A DNA stretch of 64,000 nucleotides from an uncultured Acidobacteriota bacterium. GTDB taxonomy: Bacteria; Acidobacteriota; Blastocatellia; RBC074. The position numbers and the translations under genes were made by a program. Under the pieces are notes generated by a model, which searched no databases, was not told where the DNA came from, and was given only the letters and a program-made list of their open reading frames with translations. This document shows, piece after piece, positions 32,536 to 42,133 of the stretch. Location: positions 640,001 through 704,000 of the forward strand of contig CAWCKY010000007.1 in NCBI GenBank assembly GCA_963796275.1, written 5' to 3'. Positions within the stretch are counted from its first letter, which is position 1; every line of letters begins with the position of its first letter.

Positions 32536-33792
32536 TCAACGAGCTCTGTACCGCCAGATTGTTTGCTCTCCTCCGATCAAGAATTCTTGAGGATTGTTAG
32601 CAGATGCCTCTGGCAATACTGCAATTGATTTGCACTGCTCAGGCAGTACTTCCTGGTATATGATTTCGCCGGATGACTTGTAAATGTAAAGGACAGACCT
32701 GTTAATTGCGGCAAACTCTGTGATGACTGCAAGATGTTCTGGTTCACCCTTCTTGAGTTTGACCCAAATCCCTTTTGCTTTGTAAACACTAGTACCTCTA
32801 AGCTCCCCTACAGGTGTTTGGTATGGAGCAGTATCAAGTTCACTCAGAGGAGCTTTGAACTTAGCTACGACCTGACCTTTGAAATCGATTAGCCATACAT
32901 ATCCATCCTCAACTACTAAGAGGCTAGCTTGCCTCTTGTCAGGCAGGATGCAGATGTCAAACTTCCCAAAGTAGCAGGGCGTCTTAACCTGCTTCGCAAT
33001 ATGGCCTTTTTCATCGCGAATTATTAGAGCTCCAATCCCGCTAGAGACAATTTCATTATCTCCGTCGCCATCCGTGTCAACAATTTCAATCTGTGACGCT
33101 CCGAATTTCGCCTCTTGCCGCCACTTCAATGCGCCGTATCTGTCAAATAATTCAACCCCATCCCAGGCAACGACAAATTCATCGATGCCGTCACCATCCA
33201 AATCTCCTGCCGCCATATCATCAATTGAAGTTTTTTCTTTGGTGAACTTACCGTATGCCCAGAGCCGTTTACCTTGATTATCAAAGACCGCTGCGCCATC
33301 AATACTTCCGCGTGCCAAATATTCAAAAACGTGATCGCCTTCTAAGTCGATAATCTGCATATCACCCAACGAAGTGTTGGGTATCGTTGTGTCGAATATG
33401 CCTATTTTCTCTTTCTGAGTTTCAAACTGATAACGCACGTGCGTGCTATTCGCTCCGTTTTGATCGACAGTGAGTGCGCCGTAATTTCCTGCAATAATAA
33501 TCTCGATGATTGAATCTTGATCGGGCTTGTAAATAGCAAGATCACTGATGGAACCGATGCTCTTGCCAGCCGCAGCAAAGACAGATTTAGGGAGTATAAG
33601 GAATTGGGTTCGAGCTAGGAAATCGTTGCCAGTAACGATTCTAGGCTCACGTAATTCAGTTGGCGTTTCTGATCGATATGCAAAGAATGGTCGAATAAAT
33701 CTTGAGTAGAAGAGCCATCCGACCACAACAACTAGCACGATGAATACTACAGATGCAGAGGAGCATCCGATTATTAACTTATTATGTTTCAT
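32536..33792 (-). CDS. Membrane-anchored FG-GAP/VCBS-repeat protein
   Basis: N-terminal TM; DLEGD, GDLDGDGIDE, DTDGDGDNE repeats. Confidence 0.75.
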   Translation of the reverse strand: MKHNKLIIGCSSASVVFIVLVVVVGWLFYSRFIRPFFAYRSETPTELREPRIVTGNDFLARTQFLILPKSVFAAAGKSIGSISDLAIYKPDQDSIIEIIIAGNYGALTVDQNGANSTHVRYQFETQKEKIGIFDTTIPNTSLGDMQIIDLEGDHVFEYLARGSIDGAAVFDNQGKRLWAYGKFTKEKTSIDDMAAGDLDGDGIDEFVVAWDGVELFDRYGALKWRQEAKFGASQIEIVDTDGDGDNEIVSSGIGALIIRDEKGHIAKQVKTPCYFGKFDICILPDKRQASLLVVEDGYVWLIDFKGQVVAKFKAPLSELDTAPYQTPVGELRGTSVYKAKGIWVKLKKGEPEHLAVITEFAAINRSVLYIYKSSGEIIYQEVLPEQCKSIAVLPEASANNPQEFLIGGEQTIWRYRAR

Positions 33793-33904
33793 GATCTACC
33801 TTTTGAGCTGTTAGCGTTGGCAGACAGTGAAGGACAACGGACTCGTTAACATGATAATAAGCGCATCCGTCGGTTTATAGTTGCTTTCCACGACTCACTC
33901 TAGA

Positions 33905-34450
33905 TCAACTCACAAACGTTCTTCCAACTCTTTTTGATATCAAAAAATATGGCATCCAAACATGGAGACATACAAACTTCAGAATTAGCATTTCCCCTTG
34001 CTTGGCGTATTCTTCACTTTCAGCGATAGCAGGGATGGCCCCTGATAAAAAATAGCCCGTAAGAATAATGACGAAAATTAACGGTATCGAAACAGCAGTC
34101 AATTTAGGGAAGACTCTTTTCTTCTTGAAGAAGAGCCAGAGCATAGCTACATTCATGACCAGAATCAGCGAACTTGTCACTACATCGTAAATTAGAACAG
34201 ACTTCCAATATTGGTGATAAGCAGTCGATTCAGGGTTGGTCAAGCGCTCCCAGAGCGGTGTTTTGACTATTGGAGCGATGGAGGTCAGAGAATAAGTTAA
34301 ATTTTGGATCAGGCTGATGAACATGCCAATCATGACGAAGACCAACAAGCCGCCGATTCGCGGAGGCTTCCCTTCGCCCACAGTTTTTTGTGATTGATTA
34401 AGACTGACCTTCTCTTCTGACGAAATCAAGTTCGAAGATTCAGTTTTCAT
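33905..34450 (-). CDS. DUF2569 family membrane protein
   Basis: IGGLL, FFKKKRVFP, WMPYFLISKRVGRTF. Confidence 0.8.
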   Translation of the reverse strand: MKTESSNLISSEEKVSLNQSQKTVGEGKPPRIGGLLVFVMIGMFISLIQNLTYSLTSIAPIVKTPLWERLTNPESTAYHQYWKSVLIYDVVTSSLILVMNVAMLWLFFKKKRVFPKLTAVSIPLIFVIILTGYFLSGAIPAIAESEEYAKQGEMLILKFVCLHVWMPYFLISKRVGRTFVS

Positions 34451-34614
34451 AGAATTTTCATTACCACATCGAAACAACAAACATCGAGTTATCTAGCTGT
34501 GTGAAAGTGAGGTTCGACGGCGATAGAATGTATAATCTAATGCGATATCAGCGGCGACCCTGGGCATTTGATGATAAGAAGCCTGCCGGGTGCGCGTCCG
34601 TTTCGTTCATAATT

Positions 34615-35436
34615 CTACGAGCTTTCGCAAAACGCTCGCAGACGTTGGTTGAAAGTTACCGGGTTATCCCAGAAGGGGCCGTGCCCGGCATTCGCAATAA
34701 GATCAATTTGAGCGTGACCTATGCCTGCCTTGTGTTGCTCGATGACGAATGGTCTGACAATCGCGTCCTCTTCGCCATGCGTAACGAGGACAGGCTTGCG
34801 AATCTTCGGTAGAAGGTCGTCATTATCGAACGAGCGGGAAAACATCGCCTGACGGACAGAGGGCGGGACTGATAAATTGTATCCAAGCATCAGGTACAGT
34901 TCCTCGGCCGAGGGCTCCTGGGTGAAGCACAAGCGTAGGAACGACTCAAAACTGCGTACGCTCTCTTCTACATTCGTGGCAAATAAACCTGGTATGACGC
35001 TGAGAAACTCAGGAGTGAGAACCGACAAGGCCTCATCACTGCCAAGCTTCGTGACGGCACCGACAAAATTGACACCGCTGATGCTATCTTCGCCGTAATG
35101 TCTGATATAGTCGAGGATCACGAGTGGCCCATATGACCAACCACAGAGGATCGGATGATCAAGTCCCAGAGCATGTATGGCCGCGTTGACGTCATCGGCC
35201 CATAATCTCGAGTCGGCATAGCCCTCGCCAGGCTTATCCGAAAGACCATGACCGCGCATATCCATCGCGACAAGCCGGTAGTCATCCGCCAGGTCAGAGT
35301 TCATCTGCCGGCTCCAGGTTAACCAACACTGCGAAATGCCATGGATGAATACAATTGGGCGACCCCTTGAGTTGCCCGTCTCAACAAGATGGAGCTGGAT
35401 GCCTCCACCGCCTTTGATCTTATGACTCTTCATCAT
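34615..35436 (-). CDS. Alpha/beta hydrolase (non-heme haloperoxidase-like)
   Basis: FIHG, DMRGHG, GWSYG, HGEED, AGHGPF. Confidence 0.9.
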   Translation of the reverse strand: MMKSHKIKGGGGIQLHLVETGNSRGRPIVFIHGISQCWLTWSRQMNSDLADDYRLVAMDMRGHGLSDKPGEGYADSRLWADDVNAAIHALGLDHPILCGWSYGPLVILDYIRHYGEDSISGVNFVGAVTKLGSDEALSVLTPEFLSVIPGLFATNVEESVRSFESFLRLCFTQEPSAEELYLMLGYNLSVPPSVRQAMFSRSFDNDDLLPKIRKPVLVTHGEEDAIVRPFVIEQHKAGIGHAQIDLIANAGHGPFWDNPVTFNQRLRAFCESS

Positions 35437-35443
35437 CTAAACC

Positions 35444-36076
35444 TCAAAAGGATACTCCCTCCATAGCAGCCATCTTGGGCGGCTTGGATGGGGAGGAATT
35501 TTGAGATCGTGCTCCGGCACGATTAATTCTGTAGCCGTCCGCCTTCTGCAAAACCCGGCAGTATCGATGGCTGATCCCCTGGATATTGCCCGCCGCGGTC
35601 TTTACATTGAATGAGCCGCTGCTACGTACCGCGACTCGCCCTACATAACAGCCGATCTTTTTGCCGGATCTAACAATTGCTTTGACCATATCTCCGGTTC
35701 TGAAGCCTTTGATCGTACGTGGGCCTTTGGCTGATGTGCGTGGAAATCCGTACTTGTCCATCCGGCACATCTGTCGGGTGTTATGCCCTGTCGCCTTGAT
35801 CTCCAATGGGATAACTCCGTCGACAAAGACCTGTGCGGGCGTCGACTTCCCGACGCAGGCCGCGTCGATCCATATCGCCACTCCGGTCTTTCTGGATCCT
35901 GGATCCAGCTTGAGCCGAAGATCCGGTACTTGCTCCTCAACCACTCGCTTGAGGATGATCGCCAATGGCGCTCTCCTGAAGACTGCGGCCTTGCCTTTCT
36001 TTAGCAGGAGTCTGGCTCGTACCGCTGAAGTCGGCGCCAGAGGTCTTCTGTTTTGATCGATGACTGCTACTTGCAT
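35444..36076 (-). CDS. iscB: Internally deleted IscB (PLMP/RRXRR + RuvC-I fused to RuvC-III + C-terminal domain); predicted nuclease-dead
   Basis: RPLAPT..RARLLLKKGKA, LDPGSRKTGVAI|WIDAACVG, DKYGFPR, GFRTGDMV, ADGY; bridge helix, RuvC-II and HNH absent. Confidence 0.85.
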   Translation of the reverse strand: MQVAVIDQNRRPLAPTSAVRARLLLKKGKAAVFRRAPLAIILKRVVEEQVPDLRLKLDPGSRKTGVAIWIDAACVGKSTPAQVFVDGVIPLEIKATGHNTRQMCRMDKYGFPRTSAKGPRTIKGFRTGDMVKAIVRSGKKIGCYVGRVAVRSSGSFNVKTAAGNIQGISHRYCRVLQKADGYRINRAGARSQNSSPSKPPKMAAMEGVSF

Positions 36077-36368
36077 TGTGAGAATGGCCCTTTCGAGCCG
36101 CTGGCATTGCTGCCGTTAAGTTAGCCTCGACAATGATGCTTGAGCTTATTAGTTCAACGCACTGGCGATGACCCGTAACCGCCGTTTAACGCTGAACGAC
36201 AGTTGCCACGGACTGGCTATCGCATCCGTGGGTGTCTCGGTTTAAACCTAACTCAAACATCGTAGCCGCATGCCTTTCGGCTATCGCTTAGTCTGGTCAA
36301 CCAGGCTCATCGGTGACCCGACAAGCCCCCACTATAGTTGCAAAGCAACTTAGTGGCGGGTGGGTGAC
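36077..36368 (-). ncRNA. omega-RNA (HEARO-like) scaffold; predicted guide is the 5' flank at about 36369-36388
   Basis: gtcacccacccgcc...ggggcttg...gttgaccagactaag...ctacg...cacggatgc..ccagtccgtgg..ctgtcg...cattgtcgagg, directly upstream of iscB. Confidence 0.8.
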
Positions 36369-36382
36369 CACCTTTTGCTGCC

Positions 36383-36745
36383 TCAGTATGAACTGTCCAA
36401 TATCTTCTTCGTATCTGGCTGTATTAATACCCAGATAGTATATATCCCTAATGCCGTTCCAAACGGAAAGTTCAGTAGGTTCAAACATCCTAGGATCAAT
36501 ACCAGAATCCTCGCCCAAGATATCCTTTTCAGCAGCGCTAAACCTCCAATTAAGCCAGGAGCTGCGATTACAAGCAGGAATAATGCAACCAGAATACCGA
36601 CACTCGTTGTTATCAAGATTGCTTCTGCATCTCCCGACAATAGCCCTCCGCCGACTATGGCTAGAAAGACTGCTACTGCCCCCAGCAGGGCTAATGCACT
36701 ATTGGCGATGTGTAATGCGCCGAGGATGGTGATGTGTTTTTGCAT
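36383..36745 (-). CDS. Small membrane protein
   Basis: Several TM helices; WARIL and PFGTALGIYTIWVL. Confidence 0.75.
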   Translation of the reverse strand: MQKHITILGALHIANSALALLGAVAVFLAIVGGGLLSGDAEAILITTSVGILVALFLLVIAAPGLIGGLALLKRISWARILVLILGCLNLLNFPFGTALGIYTIWVLIQPDTKKILDSSY

Positions 36746-36940
36746 ATTGATTAAGACTGCGATCAGGTTGACCGGGATGCGGCGAGCAAGCCGATTTCAT
36801 GCGGGCTTTTGTGTTGCGCGCCGCCGATTTCGTTGCAACATAGCAACTCTGAAATAACGAAGAAAAACGGTTACTTTTCTTGATCGTATACCCGCACCTT
36901 CCATCAGAAGACTATAACTGGTTGAGACCAGTGCCTCCAG

Positions 36941-37390
36941 CTATATCAGAACGCTCCGCTTATCCATTGCGCGTGCATAGAGATACAGTCCCAGTGCGAA
37001 AAGGAATATGACGGCGGTAAAGCCCAGAGAGAAGGCATCTCCAACTACCTCCATTCCATTTGAGATAAGATAGTTGTGGAATGTTGTAACTACCATAGCC
37101 AGGAGCGAGGCAAGGAAAACCCACACTGCGAGACGTCTCCGGAATAGCAGAAGCAGAGCGCCAATAACTCCGCCCCAAACGGCGATGGCCCATAGTGCAA
37201 CCACCCAGGTCGGAAAGCCATTGAAGAACGTGAGTTGATCGGCGGTAAAGTTGCTCATATACGTTTCATTTTTCGTCTGTGTCATGACGTAATCCATTGC
37301 ACCCATGGCGCTCCATAAGAGTGCGAGAATGCCGATCACCCACAGATGCCAGGGCGTGCGAGTGTTTTTTGTCGCCTGCGAGTCAGTCAT
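36941..37390 (-). CDS. Hypothetical 4-TM membrane protein
   Basis: TPWHLWVIG, WAIAVWGG; RBS ggagg. Confidence 0.75.
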   Translation of the reverse strand: MTDSQATKNTRTPWHLWVIGILALLWSAMGAMDYVMTQTKNETYMSNFTADQLTFFNGFPTWVVALWAIAVWGGVIGALLLLFRRRLAVWVFLASLLAMVVTTFHNYLISNGMEVVGDAFSLGFTAVIFLFALGLYLYARAMDKRSVLI

Positions 37391-37555
37391 AACTTCCTCC
37401 AAATGTTAGCTATATGCCACCCCGCCGGGGCTGGGAAGCTTTCTGTGAGCTCGAAGCGATAAACATTCCGACCCGCTTGGGTGGAACTCTGATCCGGCGG
37501 GATCAATTAAATTCAGTTGTGGTCCTTCCTCCTGGCTGATGACAACTAATTTGAA

Positions 37556-37798
37556 GAGCGTGCAAAATAAAAGATCATTGAATCAATGTTATCGTTCCTG
37601 AGCACCAGAGGCGCGGGATGTTTATAGAACTCGTTTTCCCACATTTCACAAGCTCCTGAGCTGAGGAGCGACATATGAATGCCTGTATGCCGCTTCTCCG
37701 AAGCTTGTAAGACTTGGGTAATCGAATGCTATATACATCGGGCTCCTCCGGAGCCAATCAGAAACTGTTGATAATAAGCAGCTTTAATTTGCACACTC
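37556..37798. mobile_element. MITE-like element carrying REP-type repeats
   Basis: Terminal IR gagcgtgcaaaataaa / tttaatttgcacactc (14/16); internal gatgtttatag / ctatatacatc and gctcct..ggagc units. Confidence 0.6.
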
Positions 37799-37969
37799 CC
37801 CAACTAATATAAGGAAACCTTCTCCAAGCCAAACTCCCGACCAGGTTCGATTGTATTGAGACTGCAGCGCCCGAGTCTAACTACCTGATGAACTTATGTC
37901 CAGCGAATCAGTGTTATCGAACTGAAATATTGTGTGGTAATCATTAGTTCAGCCTCGAAACCGATATCA

Positions 37970-39226
37970 TTATTCATATCGGAGAGATTCTATCGGGTCA
38001 GTCCTGGACGCGCGCATAGCCGGCCATAAACCGCTGAGAACTCCGACGAGCATCAAAATACTGGTTGCAGTCAATATCACATCGCCTGATAGTATGAGGT
38101 AGATATCGGTCTGTCTCGTCGGGTCCTCGAGCAACTCGGCTAGGAAGGGACGATGGCCAGCAAAAGTAACCAAAAGGTACGACAGGATGATTCCGAGCAG
38201 CCCTCCGATGAATGTGATGACGAGTGCTTCAAGGAGGAACTGAAGAAGGATGTGGCGGCGTTTGGCCCCGAGCGCCTTACGAACGCCTATCTCGCGGGTC
38301 CGCTCGGTGACGCTCACGAGCATAATATTCATTACGCCGATTCCGCCGATCATCAGCGTCAATGCGCCGATAATGCTGAGGATGATCTTCAAACCGCCCG
38401 TGATGCCGTTGATGACTTTGGCGTTCTCGACCGAATCGTTGAAGACCAATGCCCGCTCATCTTTCGGATTGAAATCGTGACGGGAACCCAGGACATCGCG
38501 AACCTGCTTGAGCGCCTGGTTGTGAGTCATAATGCTCAAAGTCTGAAAGACCAGGTTGTCGAGGTAATCCTGACTCCAGACATGCTTAACTGTGGTATAT
38601 GGGATGAATACCGAGTATTTGTCCGGCGAATAGTAATTTGAAAAACTGACCTTCTGAGTTAATACCCCGATAACTTCAAATGACAGGCCGTTGACTCGAA
38701 TAGTCTCTCCGACTGCCGGCCTGTTACCGTATAATTTGCGCGCAACCTCGGAGCCGAGAAAGATCACGCGCCGCTCCTTCTCTGTATCCTCGGCATTGAT
38801 GAACCGGCCGAACTCGGCGACTTCACTGCGCATAATTGCATACTCGGGCGCAACGCCGCGTACCGCGGAGCTCGTTTGCCGCGTCCCATAAACCAGCGGC
38901 AGCCATTCGACGTACTCAGGACTGGCATATTTGATCGCCCCGAGTTGGCGTATGGCATCGACGTCTTCTTCTTTCATGCGAATGCGTTTGCCCGCTCGTT
39001 CGCCGCCCGCCTGCATGCTGGTCTGTCCGTTCCAGACCACTACCGTCCCGCTGCTGAAAGCGCGGCGGAACCCGACCATAATCGCATCGTGAAAACCATT
39101 GCCGTACGCCATTAGCAAAACGACGGCGACGATACCCCACGCGATGCCGGTCATGGTCATGACGGCGCGAATGCGATGGCCTATGAGAGAGCTGATCGCT
39201 TGAAAGAAGACTTCTTTGAGAATCAT
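37970..39226 (-). CDS. ABC transporter permease (MacB/FtsX type)
   Basis: [37 protein letters not shown]. Confidence 0.92.
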   Translation of the reverse strand: MILKEVFFQAISSLIGHRIRAVMTMTGIAWGIVAVVLLMAYGNGFHDAIMVGFRRAFSSGTVVVWNGQTSMQAGGERAGKRIRMKEEDVDAIRQLGAIKYASPEYVEWLPLVYGTRQTSSAVRGVAPEYAIMRSEVAEFGRFINAEDTEKERRVIFLGSEVARKLYGNRPAVGETIRVNGLSFEVIGVLTQKVSFSNYYSPDKYSVFIPYTTVKHVWSQDYLDNLVFQTLSIMTHNQALKQVRDVLGSRHDFNPKDERALVFNDSVENAKVINGITGGLKIILSIIGALTLMIGGIGVMNIMLVSVTERTREIGVRKALGAKRRHILLQFLLEALVITFIGGLLGIILSYLLVTFAGHRPFLAELLEDPTRQTDIYLILSGDVILTATSILMLVGVLSGLWPAMRASRTDPIESLRYE

Positions 39227-39280
39227 ATTATCGCGTTCAGTTATCAGCTACCGATCGCGTTCATTCGGCTGACAACTGTT

Positions 39281-40582
39281 TTATACCTCATAACGCAACG
39301 CCTCGATCGGCGGCATCTCAGCCGCGCGTCTGGCCGGATACATCGCAGCAGCGATACCGATTAAAGCCAGCATGAGGATTGAGAAAGCCGACGTTTGCCA
39401 CGTAATAATCATCCCAGCAAAGCGGGCGGGTAGCGGGAGAAGATTGATCAGGCGGCATAAGCCTATACCGATGCCCAGACCGATCGTCCCGCTCAATAAT
39501 GTCAGTAACAATCCTTCACTGAAAAACTGCTTTAGAACATTACGCGAGGTCGCGCCGAGAGCCTTGCGAATACCTATTTCTCTGGTTCGCTCCTTAACCG
39601 AGATCAACATGATATTCATGACGCCGATCCCGCCGAGCGCGAGCGTGATGATGCTCACGACGATAAAGAACTCCCGCATGCTCGATATCATCTTGTTGAA
39701 AAAGACTGTTTCGAGTGCCGTGTTCCACATCGAGAGCGCCTCCCGGTCCTTCGGATTGAACGCGTGGCGCGGCGCGATGATCGAGAGCACCTCCTGCTCG
39801 ACCGGACCTATCTTCTCGAAATTGATCTTGCCTTCGCGTTCGACGATGCGGTTCAGCTCATCAGCGACGTTATCGTAAGGTGCGGCGATGATCGCCGAGA
39901 GCGAGTCCGAATTGTTATTCTCTCCCGGGATCGGAAAATCTTTGCGCATCGTTTCGTAAGGAACGAAGAGGCGATTGTTGTCGGGGCCCGTATAGTTCGA
40001 ATCCTGCTCTTTTTTGCGGACGCGCCCGATGACTGTATAGGGTAAGCCGTTCAGCATGAGTTGATGGCCCACCGGATCGCGTTCGGCGAAGAGTTGTTTG
40101 CTCATCTCAAAGCCTATTACCACGACGCGGCGCTCTTCCCGGCAATCCTGTTCATTGATTAAACGTCCACGATCGATTTCGATGGTGCGGATGTATTGAT
40201 AGACTGGCCAGACGCCGCTCATCTGCGTAGAGCTGGCGTTGAACACGCTCTTCGCATTCACGCCGCCGCGCATCAATTCGGGCGTTGTGTGTTCGAGCAG
40301 CCGTGCTTTTGCGTTGAGGGCGTGCACGTCATTGATCTCCAGGCGGATGAGTTTTCCGGAACGCTCACCTCCCGCCTGCATTGTAGTGCGCCCATTTCGG
40401 ATGATGATGATGTTCTTGCCCAGTTCGCGCAGGACATGTAGATTGCCCTGTTGAAACCCCTCGCTAACGGCCGAAAGCAGAAGGATGGAGATTACGCCCC
40501 AGACGATCCCGAACATCGTCAGGAAGCTGCGCAGCTTGTGCGCCATCAGATTCGACCAGGTTTGCTCCAGCAATTCCTTCAT
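39281..40582 (-). CDS. ABC transporter permease (MacB/FtsX type)
   Basis: KLRSFLTMFG, ERTREIGIRKALGA, PIEALRYE. Confidence 0.92.
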   Translation of the reverse strand: MKELLEQTWSNLMAHKLRSFLTMFGIVWGVISILLLSAVSEGFQQGNLHVLRELGKNIIIIRNGRTTMQAGGERSGKLIRLEINDVHALNAKARLLEHTTPELMRGGVNAKSVFNASSTQMSGVWPVYQYIRTIEIDRGRLINEQDCREERRVVVIGFEMSKQLFAERDPVGHQLMLNGLPYTVIGRVRKKEQDSNYTGPDNNRLFVPYETMRKDFPIPGENNNSDSLSAIIAAPYDNVADELNRIVEREGKINFEKIGPVEQEVLSIIAPRHAFNPKDREALSMWNTALETVFFNKMISSMREFFIVVSIITLALGGIGVMNIMLISVKERTREIGIRKALGATSRNVLKQFFSEGLLLTLLSGTIGLGIGIGLCRLINLLPLPARFAGMIITWQTSAFSILMLALIGIAAAMYPARRAAEMPPIEALRYEV

Positions 40583-40587
40583 AAATG

Positions 40588-41787
40588 CTATTGCAAAACG
40601 ACCTTCTCGCCTTCGCGGAGACCTTCGGTCACTTCGGTCCGCGTGCCATTGCTGATCCCAGTTTTGATCGGCTTCTTCTCGCGCCCATTCGGCCCTCTCG
40701 GAGCAGGGAATTCAACGCTGGCGTTGCGCTGTGTGTCATAGATCACCGCGCTTTCGGGAACGAGCAGTATGCCCCTGTGTTCTTCGAGCACTATCTCGGC
40801 GTTGGCGGTCATATTCGCGCGTAACTCGCCGCCCGGGTTGTTGATCGACACCTTGACCTCGAAGGTCACGACGTTATCTTTGTCGACGCCCAATGGGGAT
40901 GTCTGCGTGACTTTGCCTTCGAAGGTCCTGTCTTTGAATGTCTCGACTTTGATGCGGGAAGGCTGGCCGAGTTTAACCACGCCGATATCGGCTTCATCGA
41001 CCTTGCCGCGCACATAAACCTGACTGATGTCGCCCAGCACCATGACCAGCGTGGCGGCCGCTCCCATATTCAATATCGATGAGACCGGGCTGCCGATTTC
41101 GACGTCGCGTGAGAGGACTATCCCCTGGATGGGAGAGCGAATTGTCGCGTAATTCAATTCTTCCTCGGCGCGATCGACAGCTGCCTGAGCCTGCGCGACC
41201 TCGGCCTCGGCCTGTGCGACTCTGGCTTCGCTGACGGGAAGCTGAGCGCGGGCTATGTTCTGGCGGTTAAGAGCCTGCTCGTATACGTTGCGCGTATCAT
41301 CCGATACCTGTTGCGGCAGCACGCCCTCTTTTAACAATTTTTCTGACCGCTCGAAGCTGCGTTTGGTGAATGGAACTTCGGGGCCTTCAGCTTCGACCTT
41401 GTTTTTAGCCAGCATGGCGACTGCGGCCTTACGATTCGATTGGGCGCCCATCAATGCGGCCATCGCCTCGCGAACGCGCGCGGCGAGATTTTCCTTGTCG
41501 AGCTCTGCCAGAATCTGCCCCGGCTTCACGAAATCGCCTACCTGTACCTTGAGGGCTTCGATGATGCCATTTGCCTTGGATTTTATTTCGACTTTGGCGA
41601 TCGGTTCGATGCGGCCCGTTGCGACGACCGAACGCGTGATGTCACCCCGTTCGACAGTCGCCAGGCGCGACGCGTCGATAACGTTCTGAGGCCGCGACAT
41701 GACGGTAAATCCCGTGACGCCCACGCCGATCACAATGAGAAACAGACCGAGAAGCAGCCATGGCCTGCGTGATTTCTTGTTTGCCAT
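40588..41787 (-). CDS. Efflux periplasmic adaptor (MacA-like membrane fusion protein)
   Basis: N-terminal TM, lipoyl halves (VQVGDFVKPGQILAEL; IRSPIQG), coiled coil, VDEADIG. Confidence 0.9.
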   Translation of the reverse strand: MANKKSRRPWLLLGLFLIVIGVGVTGFTVMSRPQNVIDASRLATVERGDITRSVVATGRIEPIAKVEIKSKANGIIEALKVQVGDFVKPGQILAELDKENLAARVREAMAALMGAQSNRKAAVAMLAKNKVEAEGPEVPFTKRSFERSEKLLKEGVLPQQVSDDTRNVYEQALNRQNIARAQLPVSEARVAQAEAEVAQAQAAVDRAEEELNYATIRSPIQGIVLSRDVEIGSPVSSILNMGAAATLVMVLGDISQVYVRGKVDEADIGVVKLGQPSRIKVETFKDRTFEGKVTQTSPLGVDKDNVVTFEVKVSINNPGGELRANMTANAEIVLEEHRGILLVPESAVIYDTQRNASVEFPAPRGPNGREKKPIKTGISNGTRTEVTEGLREGEKVVLQ

Positions 41788-41837
41788 TTTTCTCCTCTTT
41801 TTGTTCGTGCCACTATCCGGAATTATTTTTTCTGGGT

Positions 41838-41876
41838 CTATCTTCTCGCCTATCTTCTCGCCTATCTTCTCGCCTA
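41838..41876. repeat. 12-bp tandem repeat x3 (ctatcttctcgc)
   Basis: Direct inspection. Confidence 0.85.
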
Positions 41877-42133
41877 ACATACGGAAGTTCGGAAACCGCG
41901 GTTCCGAAAAAGATCCATACAGATGTTGTTGGGACGAGCGGTGGGGACACCAACACCCCAACGCTCGATTGGAAGCGGGACGGCCGTTCACCTGGCTATT
42001 ACGAAGTGTAAGTGGTTTGAGAATGCAGGAAGTTTCAAAAAAGGAGGGGAATCAGTCAGCAATGCGAGCGGGGGCGAAATGTCTCTCATAGACCGATTAA
42101 CGGAGACTCCCACGGCACCGCTCGCGCTACCGA

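Larger units (their letters stand above)
35437..36368 (-). mobile_element. Non-autonomous IS200/IS605-family OMEGA element (omega-RNA + deleted iscB)
   Basis: Subterminal hairpins at about 35455-35495 and 36325-36360; no tnpA; ATGA(A/T) at the 3' flank. Confidence 0.8.

Noticed and set aside
35444-36076. IsrB or intact IscB/Cas9
   Set aside because: RuvC-II and the bridge helix are missing as well as HNH; only 210 aa.
41788-41991. Long N-terminal extension of the adaptor ORF (GEKI repeats)
   Set aside because: Arises from a 12-bp tandem repeat; an RBS and TM helix support the start at 41787.
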